Below, piece by piece: positions 25,400 to 38,718 of a DNA stretch of 64,000 bases. The notes under the pieces are model-generated. The model saw only the letters and a list, made by a program, of their open reading frames with translations. It did not search any database and was not told the DNA's origin. The stretch is from Callorhinchus milii (lineage: Eukaryota), in assembly GCF_018977255.1 (NCBI RefSeq), contig NW_024704742.1, forward strand, positions 34,412,001 to 34,476,000, read 5' to 3'. Both the position numbers and the translations under genes were made by a program. How positions within the stretch are numbered: position 1 is the first letter of the stretch; every line of letters begins with the position of its first letter.

Positions 25400-25912
25400 T
25401 ATCTCCTCCCTGGTTTCCCCAGCTCCACTTGTCAAAAAATCCAGCTCATTGGGAACTCTGCTGCCTACATACTGACCCGGACTAAACTCTATACCCCTAT
25501 CTCACCAATTCCGGCCAGGATCCACGGGCTTCCCATCACCGAACGGATCGCCTTCAAGATCCTCACACTTGTGTCCAAATCCCTTCAGTCCCTGGCACCT
25601 CCCTACTTCTCCTCACTCCCAATCCACTACCTGGAGCCTCTGCTGGACTGGCACCTGCCTCCTGCTTGTCCTTCATGCCCTCCGCTCCACCATTAGAGGT
25701 TGCGCATTGAGCCACTACACCCCAAAACTCTGGAACACTCTCCCTCAATCCCCCCGCCTTGCCCCCACCCCCTCTCTCCCCGTTTTCAAGTCCTGCCTGA
25801 AAACCTTCCTTTTCGACCTTGCTTACAGTCACCTCCCCCCCCACCCCACCTGGCTCAGAGTCAGGCTCCGCCACTGTTAGACGCCACTATGCGTAGAGGG
25901 TGCTATATGTTC
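25400..25912 (+). mobile_element. L2-clade LINE 3' fragment, degenerate
   Basis: IQLIGNSAAYILTRTK...HGLPITERIAFKILTL...LAPPY, then PKLWNTLP...FKSCLKTFLF. Confidence 0.88.
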
Positions 25913-26639
25913 CTTGGAATGAATAAACACATAATCCACCTCTATCAAAAACCACTAACTACTGTTGAAATATCAACACAGCAGACAAAGTACAATAGTT
26001 AATCAATATGAGATAACATTGTTTAAATATTAATACCAATTGTCAAATTAGCATTTGATGAATACGATAACTGGAAAGTAAGAGTAAAACAGGGATAGTA
26101 ATGCTTCTCAGAACTGTGAGCAGTAACTCCCTAATATACATGGAAATATTGTTTATCTTGTATGTGCCTTTCTACTATTACTTCCGATAGACATGTTACA
26201 TTTCTGAATGTAGCAGATATCTTAGTGATATGGAGGGTTATAGATAGACAGTGCTCTAATGATCCTTCCCTAATAACAGATACGGGGTTGTATCAAAATG
26301 TTCTTCTAAGTATTCAGTGGTGAGTGGGGGATGGGGAGGTAGAATGTGTGAGCGTGTGTGTAGTGTAGCACATGCTGGTTCTTGTAGTTTGTGTGCGGTG
26401 GGCCCACTGCTGTAGACGGGCAGCAGACTGGTTTCAGGGAGCGCCAGGAGAATGACCAGTCAGACAGCTTGGTGCTCTCTCCCTCCCTCGTCATCACCCC
26501 CCACACACTGGCTGGTTTGAGAAGGGGGAAGTGATGCGGATTACAAAAAGTCCCACTGTGGCCACCAGTAAATGTCAGTGGACATTTGAGGCCACCAAAA
26601 ATTTTTATTTGAGAATCGCTTGTCCAGGTTGACACTTGG

Positions 26640-26890
26640 AAACCCTGGAAGCACCCATGCGACTATTCCAAAAGAGAAAGTAGTTTTCTCCAGATGTCCT
26701 GTTAACATTCCTCTATTTAATTTGGTTATTCACCTCTTGGCTGTTGTGGGATATTGTGGTGCCCAAATTGTCTGCTGTAGTCGCAAACAAATACAGTCAA
26801 TGCACTTTACTGAAAACTCTGTGAAGTGCTTTGAGACATTTCCATATGATAAGGTGTTACATCAAATGAAAGATTATGTTTATTACTATT
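26640..26890 (+). mobile_element. Deu-domain (SacSINE1-like) SINE, 3' part
   Basis: Aligns by eye with the 3' half of 46640-47060, with (ATT)n tail. Confidence 0.7.
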
Positions 26891-28569
26891 AAAAGTAAAC
26901 TTTATTTCTCCCCCTAGTTGGGCATTAAATCCGGTGTGAAAAAAAACACAATGAATCCCTAGCCCAGAGGTATTTGTGCTCTCTGCTTATCTTGGTCGTT
27001 ATCTTTATTGAAAATTGAATCAATAAACAATAACGACTGTCATGATCATTGGTCTCCTATAAGGCTAAATGATATTATAAACAGCTATCATAAATTCCAG
27101 GTGCTGTTTATCTTTATTGTCTTCACATGTTCGAGTACAACAAATGGCCAGTCTGTTTCCAACATTTGCAATTATATTTTGTGTATAGCAAATATTTTAG
27201 CGAAATAGAGCAAAGTTCGAACAACGTTCGGCAGTATAATTTTTAATGTACAAGTAAGAGGAATAAGCAATGGAGTTGCAGCGTGTTTTATGTTATGAAG
27301 AGTAGAGAGTAAATAAATAACCTTCCAGTGCTATAGATCATTCTCTTGTGGGTGGTAGCGAGGGTTGTGAACATATGTATTGATGCTGAAATATACAGCT
27401 ATTTTAAGGTACACTTACAAGCAATGATTTTTATAGCATTACATTCATACAGAAAATAGATTTACTACCTTGGGAAAACGCCATCCAGATATGTTTTGGC
27501 ATCTCTACAGCAAATCAGTAGATCGGCTCAATTTGTATCAGTTGTGGGCCACTTGTGTGGCCAAGGAATGATTTGTTCCAGTTATTTACAAGGATGTGAG
27601 AGATCCATTATGGCAATTATAATAATAAGGCCCTGAAACCATCTGAAAAGTTCCCATCAGACAAGAAAGATCAATAATGCCATTCTGATGCCTTTACTAG
27701 ATTCAAGTTTACACTTTAGGTCTTCCAAAGCCAGCCAGCCCTGCATCAGCTTCTCAGTGTACTGCACCTCCTTTGTTACTTAAAGCTACTTACCAGGTTG
27801 CATTGCTGTAGCCCACAGGATTGTACCTAAACAGTGGAGTACTTTGTTGCTTGGAGGAATACAAGCAGATCACAACTCTTTTGAGCCACACCAGGCATTT
27901 GTTCCCTCTGGTGCAAAACTGTCATCGTAACTGCAAGACACTCATAGCAGTGGTGAAATTGTGTGATTTATATTGGGTTTGCTTTTACACTCACAAGATC
28001 ACTAAGAGAGGTAGGAATGAAGAAGGGCTGTTCAGCCCATTTAATCTCAAACGTCTATAATCCTGCCCAGAGACCATTGCAAAGACGTTTTGTGGCTCAC
28101 GGACCAGTACAGCTTGTTTGAATTACAACATCTACATTTGGTGCACTGGGACAGATTGGAATCACCCTTAGATTCTGGACACCATCTATCAATTTTCTTT
28201 TGAAGCTTATTAAGATATTTTACATATTGCTTTGGAAAATTAATGATATATATATGTCAATGAATCCCCCGAAACAATGTTTAAAACAAATTAATGGTTG
28301 TTTCAGTTTATTTTATACAGTTTAGGACTGGTGCAACAACCACATTATTAGGAAAAAGTCAACGCAGATTCAAAAGGAAAACAACAACAACTTGCATTTA
28401 TTTGGGGCTTCATGCCAGTAGTGTCTTAATTTCTGGCTCCAGGCTTTATGTAATGCAAAGAACATTTCATCAACAGTTAGTTGTTCACATGAAATCACTT
28501 CCATCATTTTATTTGCACATTGAAAATATATTTCGGAGAATGTGATCAATTTTGTGGTGTTTTACTCAC

Positions 28570-28915
28570 AGTCTAGGCTGACAGTCCAGTGTAATGTTGG
28601 GGGTTTGCTGCATTATCAGAGATGCTTTTGTTTAGATGAGATGTTGAACGGAGTTCACCTGTGAAGGTTGCCATTAAACCCACAATACAATTCAAAAAGG
28701 TGATTGTATCATCTGCCCTAGCAAACAATACTTCAGATAAAATGATTATTCACTGCCTGGCTTCCCTAATGTGGAAAATTGCTGTGCACCATCAGTCCCT
28801 GCATTTTCCTACAAAATACATAGTCCCTTCAATTAATAGTAATCACTATAGAGTGCTTTGAGATATTTAAACATTGTAGGCACTATATAAAAATACAAGA
28901 ATTATTATTATTTGT
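28570..28915 (+). mobile_element. Deu-domain SINE, degenerate
   Basis: ctgacagtccagtg...gatgagatgttgaac core and shared 3' tail. Confidence 0.7.
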
Positions 28916-29539
28916 TAATGAATTTCTTGACCATAAAATTGAAATGGGGACCCCATTCCAGTAACTGGAAGTATGTCACACAAATCGTTCACTCTAGCGA
29001 ACCCCGCTCCAAAATAGATTGAGCTGGAGTAGCATTCCTGATAGTTGGCATCATGGATTTCCTGATAGGTTAATAAATCATTTAAGAAATACCTGAAAAT
29101 CATTTCTGATGCTGTGAATGGCTGCAACAGTTATCTTACTTCAAATTATGCACTTATTTTTATTACAGGTGGTATAGATATATATATATAGATTAAATGA
29201 ATAATACTGTATATTATCTACTCATTAATCAATTAGTGCTTGAAAATGTACAAACATCAATGATTATCAAGCCTCTGAAAAAATGCTCTTTTATTTTCTC
29301 AACCTTTGAATATGTTACTCTTCGCTCTGCCTCTTCACTGCTGAAATTAAAACTTATTACATCTTTTAGCTTAGTGGATTTTTACCAGGATATAAAGCTG
29401 GAATTCCGTAGTTCAAGTTTCAATTATGCATAAAATCTACAGGCTTTTAAAGCCCAAGTTTTGGACCACTTAACCATTGCTTGTCTTCTTTGATTGCAAC
29501 CACGGTAATATCTAACACTGTAAATCTTGTTTTAGCCCC

Positions 29540-30215
29540 AAGTCCGAAAGTTACAGGTTCAAAGCCCCAGATTGGTACTTTGAGCCCATAAAATCTTGGT
29601 TGACACTCCATTGCAGTGGTAGAGGTTCTGTCCTTTGGACGAGACCTCAAACCTCTTTCCCACCTGCCTGTTCAGGTTAACATGAGTTAAAGAACTCATG
29701 ACACTATTCGAAAAGAGAAGGGTGTCCTGCCCAACAATCACCCAAATAAAATTGATCATTCACTTTATGGCTGTATGTGTGCATTGTTGTGTGCAAATTG
29801 GCAGCTATGCAGCAACAGACTAGCTCCCCAAAAGAGCTTGGGATTATCACGTAAAATATGAGCACTGTTGGTGGGGTCACTGATTCATGGGGGCACCAAT
29901 TTTGGGGATGCCGATTTGTGGGGGCACCAATAAGTGCGGGGATGTTTTATGCTTCTAAGTGCCTGAGCACCCATGTGAACGGCCCCCGATGCTTACAGCC
30001 TAAACACAGGGTGATGAGCATTAGGAGCTAATCACAAGGGCGATAGGGAACCATTCACTGGGGGAGCTCGGGAAATCTCCTGGTTTGAAATGTCCCTGCT
30101 GCTATGTTTGCCTAGATACTACACAATCATTACACTTTACAGCAAAAATCCTATGATGCGCTTTGAGATGTCTTCCTGATGTAAAAGGCACTATATCAAA
30201 TGTAAGGATTGTTGC
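29540..30215 (+). mobile_element. Deu-domain SINE interrupted by a ~290-bp insert (~29810-30097)
   Basis: SINE body stops at ggcagctatg and resumes at gctatgtttgcct, running on to the tail. Confidence 0.65.
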
Positions 30216-30749
30216 TACTGGTCTTAAAGCATTGTCTTGGCTGTTCCCATCAGTATCTTTTGTTCTGCCTTCAACTTTCTCCTTCCTCTTTTCTCAGTCT
30301 GTGTCTCCTCAAATCATTTCTTCCACATTCTAATATTCTTTGGTTTCCCACACTCTGTGCTCTAAAATATAACATTTCACAAAGCGGATGTTCATCTTAA
30401 TTGTAATTTTCAGATTGTGAATATCCTTGCATCTGACTTTGCCAGTTTGGGATTTGCCATTTGTAAAAACTCAACACAAATTTCATAATCTGATATTCCC
30501 AAACTGGAAACAATAATAATAATCTTCCACCAACTTTTAGTTGCAATTTAGACCCACTGACTTCTCTCTCCTACTTTACTGCCAGTTTCCATTAGCACAT
30601 CATCACAAGACACCGTCAGCATAAATAGTGCATCGTGTCATTCATCCTAATCCAACAGTTCTTTATAGATCCGTGGAGTGAGTAAGAAATGAAAAAAGAA
30701 ACATAGTTATGTACAAGCCTGGAAATAAACAAACATTGCAGTCTTATAA

Positions 30750-30985
30750 ACTAGGAGTTTCCTGGTTCAAGTCCCTTTCCGTGCTGAGTTTGCTGGTCTC
30801 AGCCCAGGCTGCAAATGGAGGCTAAATTGTCCTCAGCTTTCATAGAGTTTGGGAGAGGTTCCTGTTCCTTACCCTCTACTGGTTGTGTGCATGTGTGGCA
30901 ACCAGATTTGGAGAGGTCGGGCTCATCTGTACCGCCATCTACAGTCAAGTGACCTGACAACACTCACTGCCAAGACTCACTCATA
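30750..30985 (+). mobile_element. Ancient SINE, AmnSINE2-like
   Basis: ggttcaagtccc...gtgctgagtttgctggtctcagc...gggctcatctgt...acactcactgccaagactcac resembles the recalled AmnSINE2 consensus. Related piece at 62905-63010. Confidence 0.5.
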
Positions 30986-31469
30986 TTAATATGAATAATA
31001 ATCCTTACATTTTATATAATAGGATGGCTCAAAGTGCTTCACAGGATTTTTACTGTAAAAAGTAGTGACTGGGTATTTTATAGGCAAACACGGCAGCCAA
31101 TTTTCCACACCCTAATGTCGCACAAAAAGCTAATTCCTATTGGAAGGTTTATGGTGAGCAGCAGCAATGAACCATTTTAAGTTTCACCTCTATGTTTTTC
31201 TGGCACCACAGAGGATTCCCACATCCAGTGTGTTCTGAATAAGCTTTAGCCTTCGTTATATTATATGCCTACAAATACAGTCACCATACTTCACAGTAAA
31301 TTCTGCAAAACACTTTGAGATATTTCAATGACATAAGGCAAAGATTTTGATTATTGAATTGTTATTATTTATTACTATTGCACTTAATGTTAACTGAAAC
31401 ATGTACCAGTTTGTTTGTTGGTTACAATAATCATCACTAACTTTGAATTGATAATCCAAGTTACAATCC

Positions 31470-31872
31470 CTGGATTACTCAAATGCACTCTTCGCCGGTG
31501 TCCCCAGCTCCACTATTCAAAAGATCCAGCTAATTCAGAATTCTGCCGTCTGCATACTGACCCAGACCAAACTCCGTACCCACATCTCACTAGTTCTGGC
31601 CAGGCTCCACTAGAGCCCTATCACCGAACGGATCGACTTCAAGATTCTCACGCTCGTGTTGAAATCCCTTTACTTTCTGGCACCTTTCTACCACTCCAAC
31701 CCCCTCGCTCCCCAATCCACCACCCAGCAACTCTGCTCGACTGGCACCGGTCTCCTGCTTGTCCCTCATACCCTCCTCCCCACCATCGAAGGTCGCGCAC
31801 CGCCACTGTCAAGTGCTCTGAGATGCTACCCTGCGTGGAGGGCGCTATATAAGTCCAGGCTGTTGTTGTTGT
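31470..31872 (+). mobile_element. L2-clade LINE 3' fragment with (TTG)n tail
   Basis: Similar to 25400-25912 (aattcagaattctgcc...gaacggatcgacttcaagattctcac). Confidence 0.85.
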
Positions 31873-31937
31873 TCAATGGATGTGGGATGTTTCTCATTTA
31901 AGGAGAGACACTTGTTACTCCATAGGGCTGATCATAA

Positions 31938-32302
31938 AATAATAATAACAATCCTTGCATTTGATATAGCACTCTTCATGTCTTCTAGACATCTCGAAAC
32001 ACTTCACAGAATATACTGTAAAGTGAATTGACTGTATATTTGTGGGTAAAATGCGACAGCCAATTGTGCAAAGCAATGTTCCACAAACAGTTGTGGATTG
32101 AGTGACCACATTTTTTTTAAGGATTATTATTCCTGGAAAAGCAATCCGCCAATCAACCAACAACAGGATTCCTACTTACTGCTAGGTAAACAGAGGCATG
32201 TGGAGTAAGGAAACTTGCCCAACATTTCGCCCTGCTGGGAATAGAACTCAGATTTCTCGCTTGCGAGGCGAGTGCTCTAGCCACTGAGCTACAGGACTCC
32301 AC
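31938..32302 (-). mobile_element. Full-length tRNA-derived SINE
   Basis: Minus strand starts GTGGAGTCCTGTAGCTCAGTGG (A box), has a B-box-like segment, ends with the shared tail. Confidence 0.92.
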
Positions 32303-32426
32303 GTCACACAATTGATTTGTTCCTCAAATGATCCCTAATCTGAATAAAAATAATTTCACCTCAGCTCCTACTATTCACGAGTGATGGAGAAGTCCCATTC
32401 ATATGTAGCTCAAGGGACATCCTCAT

Positions 32427-32773
32427 GTGTAGCTCAGTGATTCGAGCACTTGCCTCTCAAACAAGAGACCTAGGTTCGATTCCCGGGCAGGCTGAAATGC
32501 TGGGCACGTTTCCTTACGCCACATGCTTCTGTTTACGAAGCCGTAAGTAGGAACCTTTTCCGGGGGTAATAATTCCTTCAAAAAAAATAATAATAATAAA
32601 TTTGTCTCTCAATCCACGACTGTTTGTGACACACTGCTGTGCACAATTGGCTGCTGCGTTTTGCCTACAAAATATACAGTTAATTCACTTTACAGTATAT
32701 TCTGTGAAGCGCTTTGAGACGTCTTGAAGACGTGATAAGGCGCTATGTCAAACGCAAGCATCATTACTATTAT
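32427..32773 (+). mobile_element. tRNA-derived SINE, near full length, head-to-head with 31938-32302
   Basis: TGTAGCTCAGTG...GGTTCGATTCCC, tail stem-loop and ATT repeats. Confidence 0.9.
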
Positions 32774-33397
32774 ATCCTATCACTGGGCTTAATTCCACCT
32801 CATTTTTCTAGAACAGAAAGGTTATGTTTCAGAATCTGTTCTCTCCCTGGTCGAAACGGATTGATGCATCTACAATTGAATCAAATTGGCTGTAAAGTCA
32901 ATAGAATGACATTCTTGTTCTCATCTCTTTAATCCATAAACTGCAGGAGGATGTCCCTTGTGCAAACATTTTGAATTTCAAAATGGTAAAATTACCATTT
33001 CAAAGAATGTCTTCTATGTAATGCAAACAATGATATGTATTACTTGGGTCACAGATACCAGGGAGATGTTAGTACCCGGCAATGGAAGCATTTCTGCTAT
33101 ATACACACATATACACATCAGCTGGGAATTGTGGTATAGCACTGTAAACCAATAAGAAGGAGACCTGTTTTGGAATGAGTGGATACATTATACCTTCAAT
33201 GTGTTCTATATGTAAAAGCAGTCTGCTAAGGTTACAGTTTTTAATCAAACAATAACATTTACTCATATAGCACTTTTCACAATGAATTTCACACTGTACT
33301 TTACAGAGACACCAAGGAGGGAGGTGATCAAGGAAAATTTAAGGGTAATGACCAAATGCCCAGTCAAAGAGATGTGCTTTTTAAGAGGGTTTGAAGA

Positions 33398-34740
33398 CAA
33401 CAGCAGCAAAATTACATTTGTATAGTGCCTTTCAAGTCGGGAGGACGTGCCAGATGCTGGACATTCAATGTTTCGGACCCAAGCTGGGGGTCGGGGCTGG
33501 AGAGAGTGGGGGCGGGGTGAGAAGGAAGGTGATCAAAGGCATGGTCCAAGAGTAGGGTCTTGAGATAGGTCTTGAAGGAGGCAAGGGAGGGGGCGAGGTG
33601 GAGGGACTGCGGGATGGAGTTCCAGAGGGTGGGGGCAGAGTGGCTCAAGGCCGTCTGTCAATGGTGGGGCCAGAGAGGTGAAGCAGGCCAGAGTCTGCTG
33701 AGTGGAGGGACTGGGCAGGTTGGACTGGGGTTAGGAGATTGCAGAGGTAGGAGGGAGCAAGGCCATAGATGGCTTTGAAGGTAAGGGCCAGGATCTTGAT
33801 CTGTATCCTCTGTGTGATGGGAAGCCAGTGAAATCGGGTGAGGATGGGGGTGATAGGGTCACGGAGGCTGGTGTGGGAGAGGACACGGGCTGCAGAGTTC
33901 TGGATGATCTGCAGCCTATGGAGGGAGGAGTTGGAGAGGCCGACAAGCAGAGTTTGCATAGTCAAGCCTGGATGTTATGAATGCGTGTATGAAGGTTTTG
34001 GTGGCCTGAGGGGTGAGACAGCAGCGGAGCCAAGCGATGTTGTGGAGATTGGGGAAGGCAGAGCGGGTCATGGCATGGATGTGTGTTAGAAAGGATAGTT
34101 GAAGGTCAAACAAAATGCCAAAGTTACAGAGTGACTCAGTGAAGTGGAGTGTGCATCCATGTGATGCTGTCGGTGCCTGAGGTGAGGAGGCGCTGACAGG
34201 AGCCAATCAGGAGAGCCTCGGTCTTGTTGACATTCAACTGAAGAAAAGTAGCTCTCATCCAGGACTTGTTGTCCGACAGACATTCTGTCAGGACAGCAGT
34301 GGTCCTGGAGTTGAGGGTGGAGGCAGAGAGATACAGTTGGGTGTCATCTACATACATGTGGAAATTGATCCCATGTCTGCGGATGATGTCACCAAGACGG
34401 AGCATCTAGATATTGAAAAGGAGGGGACCAAGGACAGAGCCCTGAGGAATGCCACACGAGATGGTGCAGGGGCTAGAGGAGAAGCCGTTTGTGAAGATGA
34501 AGTGGAGATGATGTGAGAGGTACGATCTGAACCATTCAAGAACAGAACCGTGATGGTTGAGGTGTGAGGAGAGACAGTAGAGTAGTCAAACGGTATTGAA
34601 GACAGGGAGAGGAGGATGGCATAGGGACCCTCTGAGGGTTCCAGAGAGTATGGATAGTGACTGTAGCCTCGGCCTCGACAGAGGGAGTGAGGAACAAGAA
34701 GTAGACTAGAATTGGAATGACGGAAGACATGGACAGGAGC
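33398..34740 (-). mobile_element. L2-clade LINE fragment (~1.3 kb) with RT catalytic region, frameshifted
   Basis: ORF pieces HGINFHMYVDDTQLYLS (YADD-like), FLQLNVNKTE, HAFITSRLDY, IQNSAARVL, HWLPI, APTLWNSIP...LKTLL. Confidence 0.93.
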
Positions 34741-35349
34741 ATAGGGCTGGAAGATATTGCATAGATTGAATTTGCTGAAATTACATACAAATTTTTGACA
34801 ATGTAAATTGTAAAGTAAAACAAGTTTTAAGCATCTGTACTGCAACAACAGTAATAGTGCTTAAACAATAGTGGCTTAAATACTTTTTACAGTGGTGTAA
34901 TTGTAAGAAAATTGTTTTATGTTGGGGCATTTTAAAAAACAAAATAAAACTCTTTTGTATGTGTTTTATTTTTCTTCTCTATTTAAATACTTTTTCTCCA
35001 CTTTAGGAGTCTTCTGTACACTTTGCAGATTGTTTTAACATTGGCATTCATACTCTTAACAGTCCAATAGAAAGAATGCAAGACTGGGGTAAGTTGATTT
35101 CCCACAAAGAATATAGCAAGGTAAAATAACAAAAGCCTGTCAAACAGAAGCCAGTCAAAACTGTACCTTTCACAACCCACACAAAGACTCTTGTGGAATT
35201 TGCCTACCCACGTTTTGTTCCTGAGAGTATGTCTTGCACAGACAAGTCTTGAACTCCAAAAGCAATCCAGCAAAAAACAGGTAATACTCTTAAACTGACC
35301 TAATTCCTCTCAAGGACAGGATTTTCTTTTCCCTCTCAGATTTATCGGC

Positions 35350-35810
35350 ACAGAAATGATCACGTTCTGCAGAGTGTTTGCTCATATCAGTCTTCATATC
35401 CTTTCTATCCTTCAATGTTGTTCTCAAACATTAATTTCTTTTAAGAAAGAATTAATCAATGCAGTATCAGTTGCTTTGTTGGAAAGTTAATTTTACTTGG
35501 AGAAAAAATATTTTCATTTCTATTTCTATTTGAGTATTTTAGTTTTAAACCCACGACCTCTGGTCATGCTCATATGGTATAAAATGAACTGCTTACATCT
35601 AAATAATTTATGCCTCACCATTTTAAAGACCTGGATCACATTGCCTCATTAACCTTTTTTAAAATGAAAAGACATTGTATGTCTGTCCTTGCAACTTGGA
35701 TCACTAAGTCATCGAACCATTCTTGTTGCTCTCTGATACTTGTCTGGAGTCCTTTGAAGGTATAGTCCCAAAGCTGCATTGAATGCAGTCTAAAATGCAG
35801 TCGAAATGCA
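35350..35810 (-). mobile_element. CR1-clade LINE 3' fragment, degenerate
   Basis: Minus strand reads TRGRG...(R)KYFFS-like C-terminal CR1 motifs. Confidence 0.65.
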
Positions 35811-36167
35811 ATACGCAGAAAATAAATTTGTTTTGTTAATTGGGACTTCCAGTTTGCAAATATCAGACTAGGGAAATTCAACCAGAAAATTTTGGCCGAT
35901 AAATCACAAATCTCAAACCAGTGAAGTTCGAAAAATAGATCTGTGAACAAAATACAACAAATCCAGTTTCTGCATTTTGCATTGTAGAGCCCAGAATTCC
36001 TAATATACCATCACCAGTGGTCTGCTTGGCCTCCATTAATTTCAGTCATTTCTTATTCAAGGAAAGTGACATAATGTTATGAGATCAGGTACCACGTAGA
36101 TTGGAGTTCTTTCTATTTTTGAAAAATTACAGCAACTTTCAATTTCACCAGACAAAACCCAACTCTT

Positions 36168-36360
36168 ACATAAGAAATGCTGGGTGAGAAAAAGACCAAG
36201 AACCATCTAGTTCACCTTCCACCTTCTTGGCGGTCATATGCACATATGTCCCGAACTATCTATATACTATATCCCTTAATGTTATTTCCTAAAAGAAAAC
36301 TGTCTAATCTGTGTTTGAAAGAATCAACATTTCCTGCTTCAACCGTCTCCCTAGAAATAA
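36168..36360 (-). mobile_element. CR1-like 3' end fragment
   Basis: cataagaaat...ccatctagttcacc...tctaatctgtgtttgaaagaatcaac is typical of a reversed CR1 terminus. Confidence 0.5.
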
Positions 36361-36847
36361 TTCAGTGAGCGAATAGTAAACTCTTATTGTGTTGTATATT
36401 TAGATATGTATTTATATTCTGATGAATAATATTTGGGATGTTAACGTAAAGACTTGAGAAATTGTTGTTTACATGTTTTTATTTTTGTGTGTCTGTGTGT
36501 GTCGGGAGGAAGGGGAGTAGTCTAATGTGGGTTGGGCTAATAGCCCATGGGATAATCAGGTATCAGTGTACACAAGTGTTTTTAGTTATGTAATTCACCA
36601 CCAATGTAAAGGATGATAATTATCCCAAACCACATTTCGAACCCATTTTCTACAAAGTTACTTTTTTTTTTAACATGATTTTAACATTGTTTTCGTCATC
36701 TGGCTGTCTAATATGTGAAAACCCATCGTGTGCTTAGGATCCATACTTGATATCCAAACCAAACACTGAGGGTTCCACATATGTATGGACACGCTATGGA
36801 GTACACATTTCTTCCTGGAGAGACACACTCTGCTTCCCTAATTTTAT

Positions 36848-37195
36848 AAAATAATAATTCTTTAATTTAATATAGCAGCTTATCACGTTGTTGAGATGTC
36901 TCAAAGCACTTCTTAGAACATACCATAAAGTGAATTGACTTTATAGTCAATCCACAGACAATTCCACACAGAACTGTCCTACAAACAGTCGTGGATTGAT
37001 GAACCCAATTTTTTTTAGGGAATATTACCCCCGGAAAGCGATCCATCTATCGACTAACAACCGGGTTCGTACTGAACTGCTAGGTAAACAGGCGTGTAGA
37101 ATAAGGAAACGTGCCTAAGGTTTTGCCTGCGCTGGAATTGAACCCAGGTCTTCTTGCTTGTGAGTCGAGTACACTAACCACTACGCTACGGGTCT
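36848..37195 (-). mobile_element. tRNA-derived SINE, full length, diverged
   Basis: Same architecture as 31938-32302. Confidence 0.88.
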
Positions 37196-37824
37196 AATCT
37201 TGAAACATTTAGGTTCAGGTTAGCAAAAGGCAAGGTTGGTGACCCCAGATGGTGTATTGGGATACTGCATTGGGATAAACTCCTTGAACATAACACCTGA
37301 AAATTGTTATTTCATTTTTCCAGTATGTATTACAAGTAGAAAAGCTGTTTGTTCACTTGAGTTAATATTCATTGAGTTAATATTCTCAATGTAAGCTTTA
37401 TAATATGAAGCTCAAAATGCTGCAAAATTGTTACCTTTCCTATGAATGTTTTATTTTATTTACCATTTCTATCAATACTGATAAGAGAACATAAACAGTC
37501 TCATAGAGAAATATCACTGTGACACATAACGTATGTGCACGCATAACGTATATATATTGTGCAATAAGCAAATGAATGTTGTACTGGATGACTGCAAAAT
37601 CAAATCAACATTAAGTAAATAAGAAAAGTTTAAGTTTATACTGCAATTCAAACATTCAGTGCCAGAAAGTCAGCAGAGACAATCCCATCTCTATCTTTGC
37701 CACTGTATCTAATCTGACACATTTGCTGCAATTTTTTACCATTTATTTTCATCAAACGTATCCAGACATTAACCTCACACATACATCCTAAATTAAGACA
37801 GTAATGTCAAAATTCCAGGTAGCA

Positions 37825-38065
37825 ATAATAATAGTAGTAATCCTTGAATTTGATATAGTGCTTCACAGGATCTACTGTAAAGTATATGACTGTGTATTTT
37901 ACAGACAAATGCAGCAACCAATTTGTGCACAGTAGTGACCCACAAATGGCTATGAAGTGAATGACCAATTTTATTTAGGAGATTGTTTGACAGGTTACTA
38001 GGAGAAAGAAACATCTCTTTTCAAATCATACCAGAGATTCTTCAATGTTCATCTGAACAGGCAAA
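37825..38065 (-). mobile_element. Deu-domain SINE 3' part
   Basis: taatccttgaatttgatatag...gcagcaaccaatttgtgcacag...tgaatgaccaattttat. Confidence 0.7.
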
Positions 38066-38718
38066 TCTCTCAATTTCTTAAATACCTCATGTAAATTCTT
38101 AACGAACTACAGAAAACTAACTTCAAAGTTAAGACTAAATTCAACAATTTGTTCAATTCTGGATCCTCTAAAATGCTACATAAATAGAATATATCTATAC
38201 TCAGCTAGAATTTCTTTATATTTATACCATGTGCTTGTGCCATGTCAGATTAATAATGTAATGTATGGCAAACTTTCTTATTTGATACAGTTTACACAGA
38301 TTAATACTGTATATGATTATAAAGTTTATTTTTGATTTCAGTGTGAGGTTAAAGTATAAAGGCTTCAGGATATTTTGAACTGATCCTTTGGCAGTATTTA
38401 ATATGTCTCATAGAGCATTGGAAAGCAAGTTTGAAGGTTTCTTTCCAGGGGGGATTGTTTAATGTTCTTAATCTGATTCCTGGCTAGTTTGGTGTTTCTG
38501 TTTTCAGTCACTGGGTAGGGCTACTACATATTTCACATGTAGGTACATGACAGAGAAGATAAACTGAGGACAAACTTTAAATCCTGTACAAAGAACACTT
38601 CTATGTTCAACCTATAAATGGGATATACACCAAACATCTGCACATGAAACTTGCAAAACTATTTTTTGGTTAGTTGGGTGTCTGACATATTGAAACCCAT
38701 CACCATGCTTAAGAGTAT

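Noticed and set aside
35636..35950. Possible last exon of neighbouring ENPEP (EWF-containing minus-strand ORF)
   Set aside because: No match to the aminopeptidase C-terminus. The region continues into CR1-type TRG and KYFFS motifs. No ENPEP exon was recognised in the window.
37358..37386. Short direct duplication TTGAGTTAATATTC x2
   Set aside because: An ordinary local slippage duplication with nothing suggesting function.
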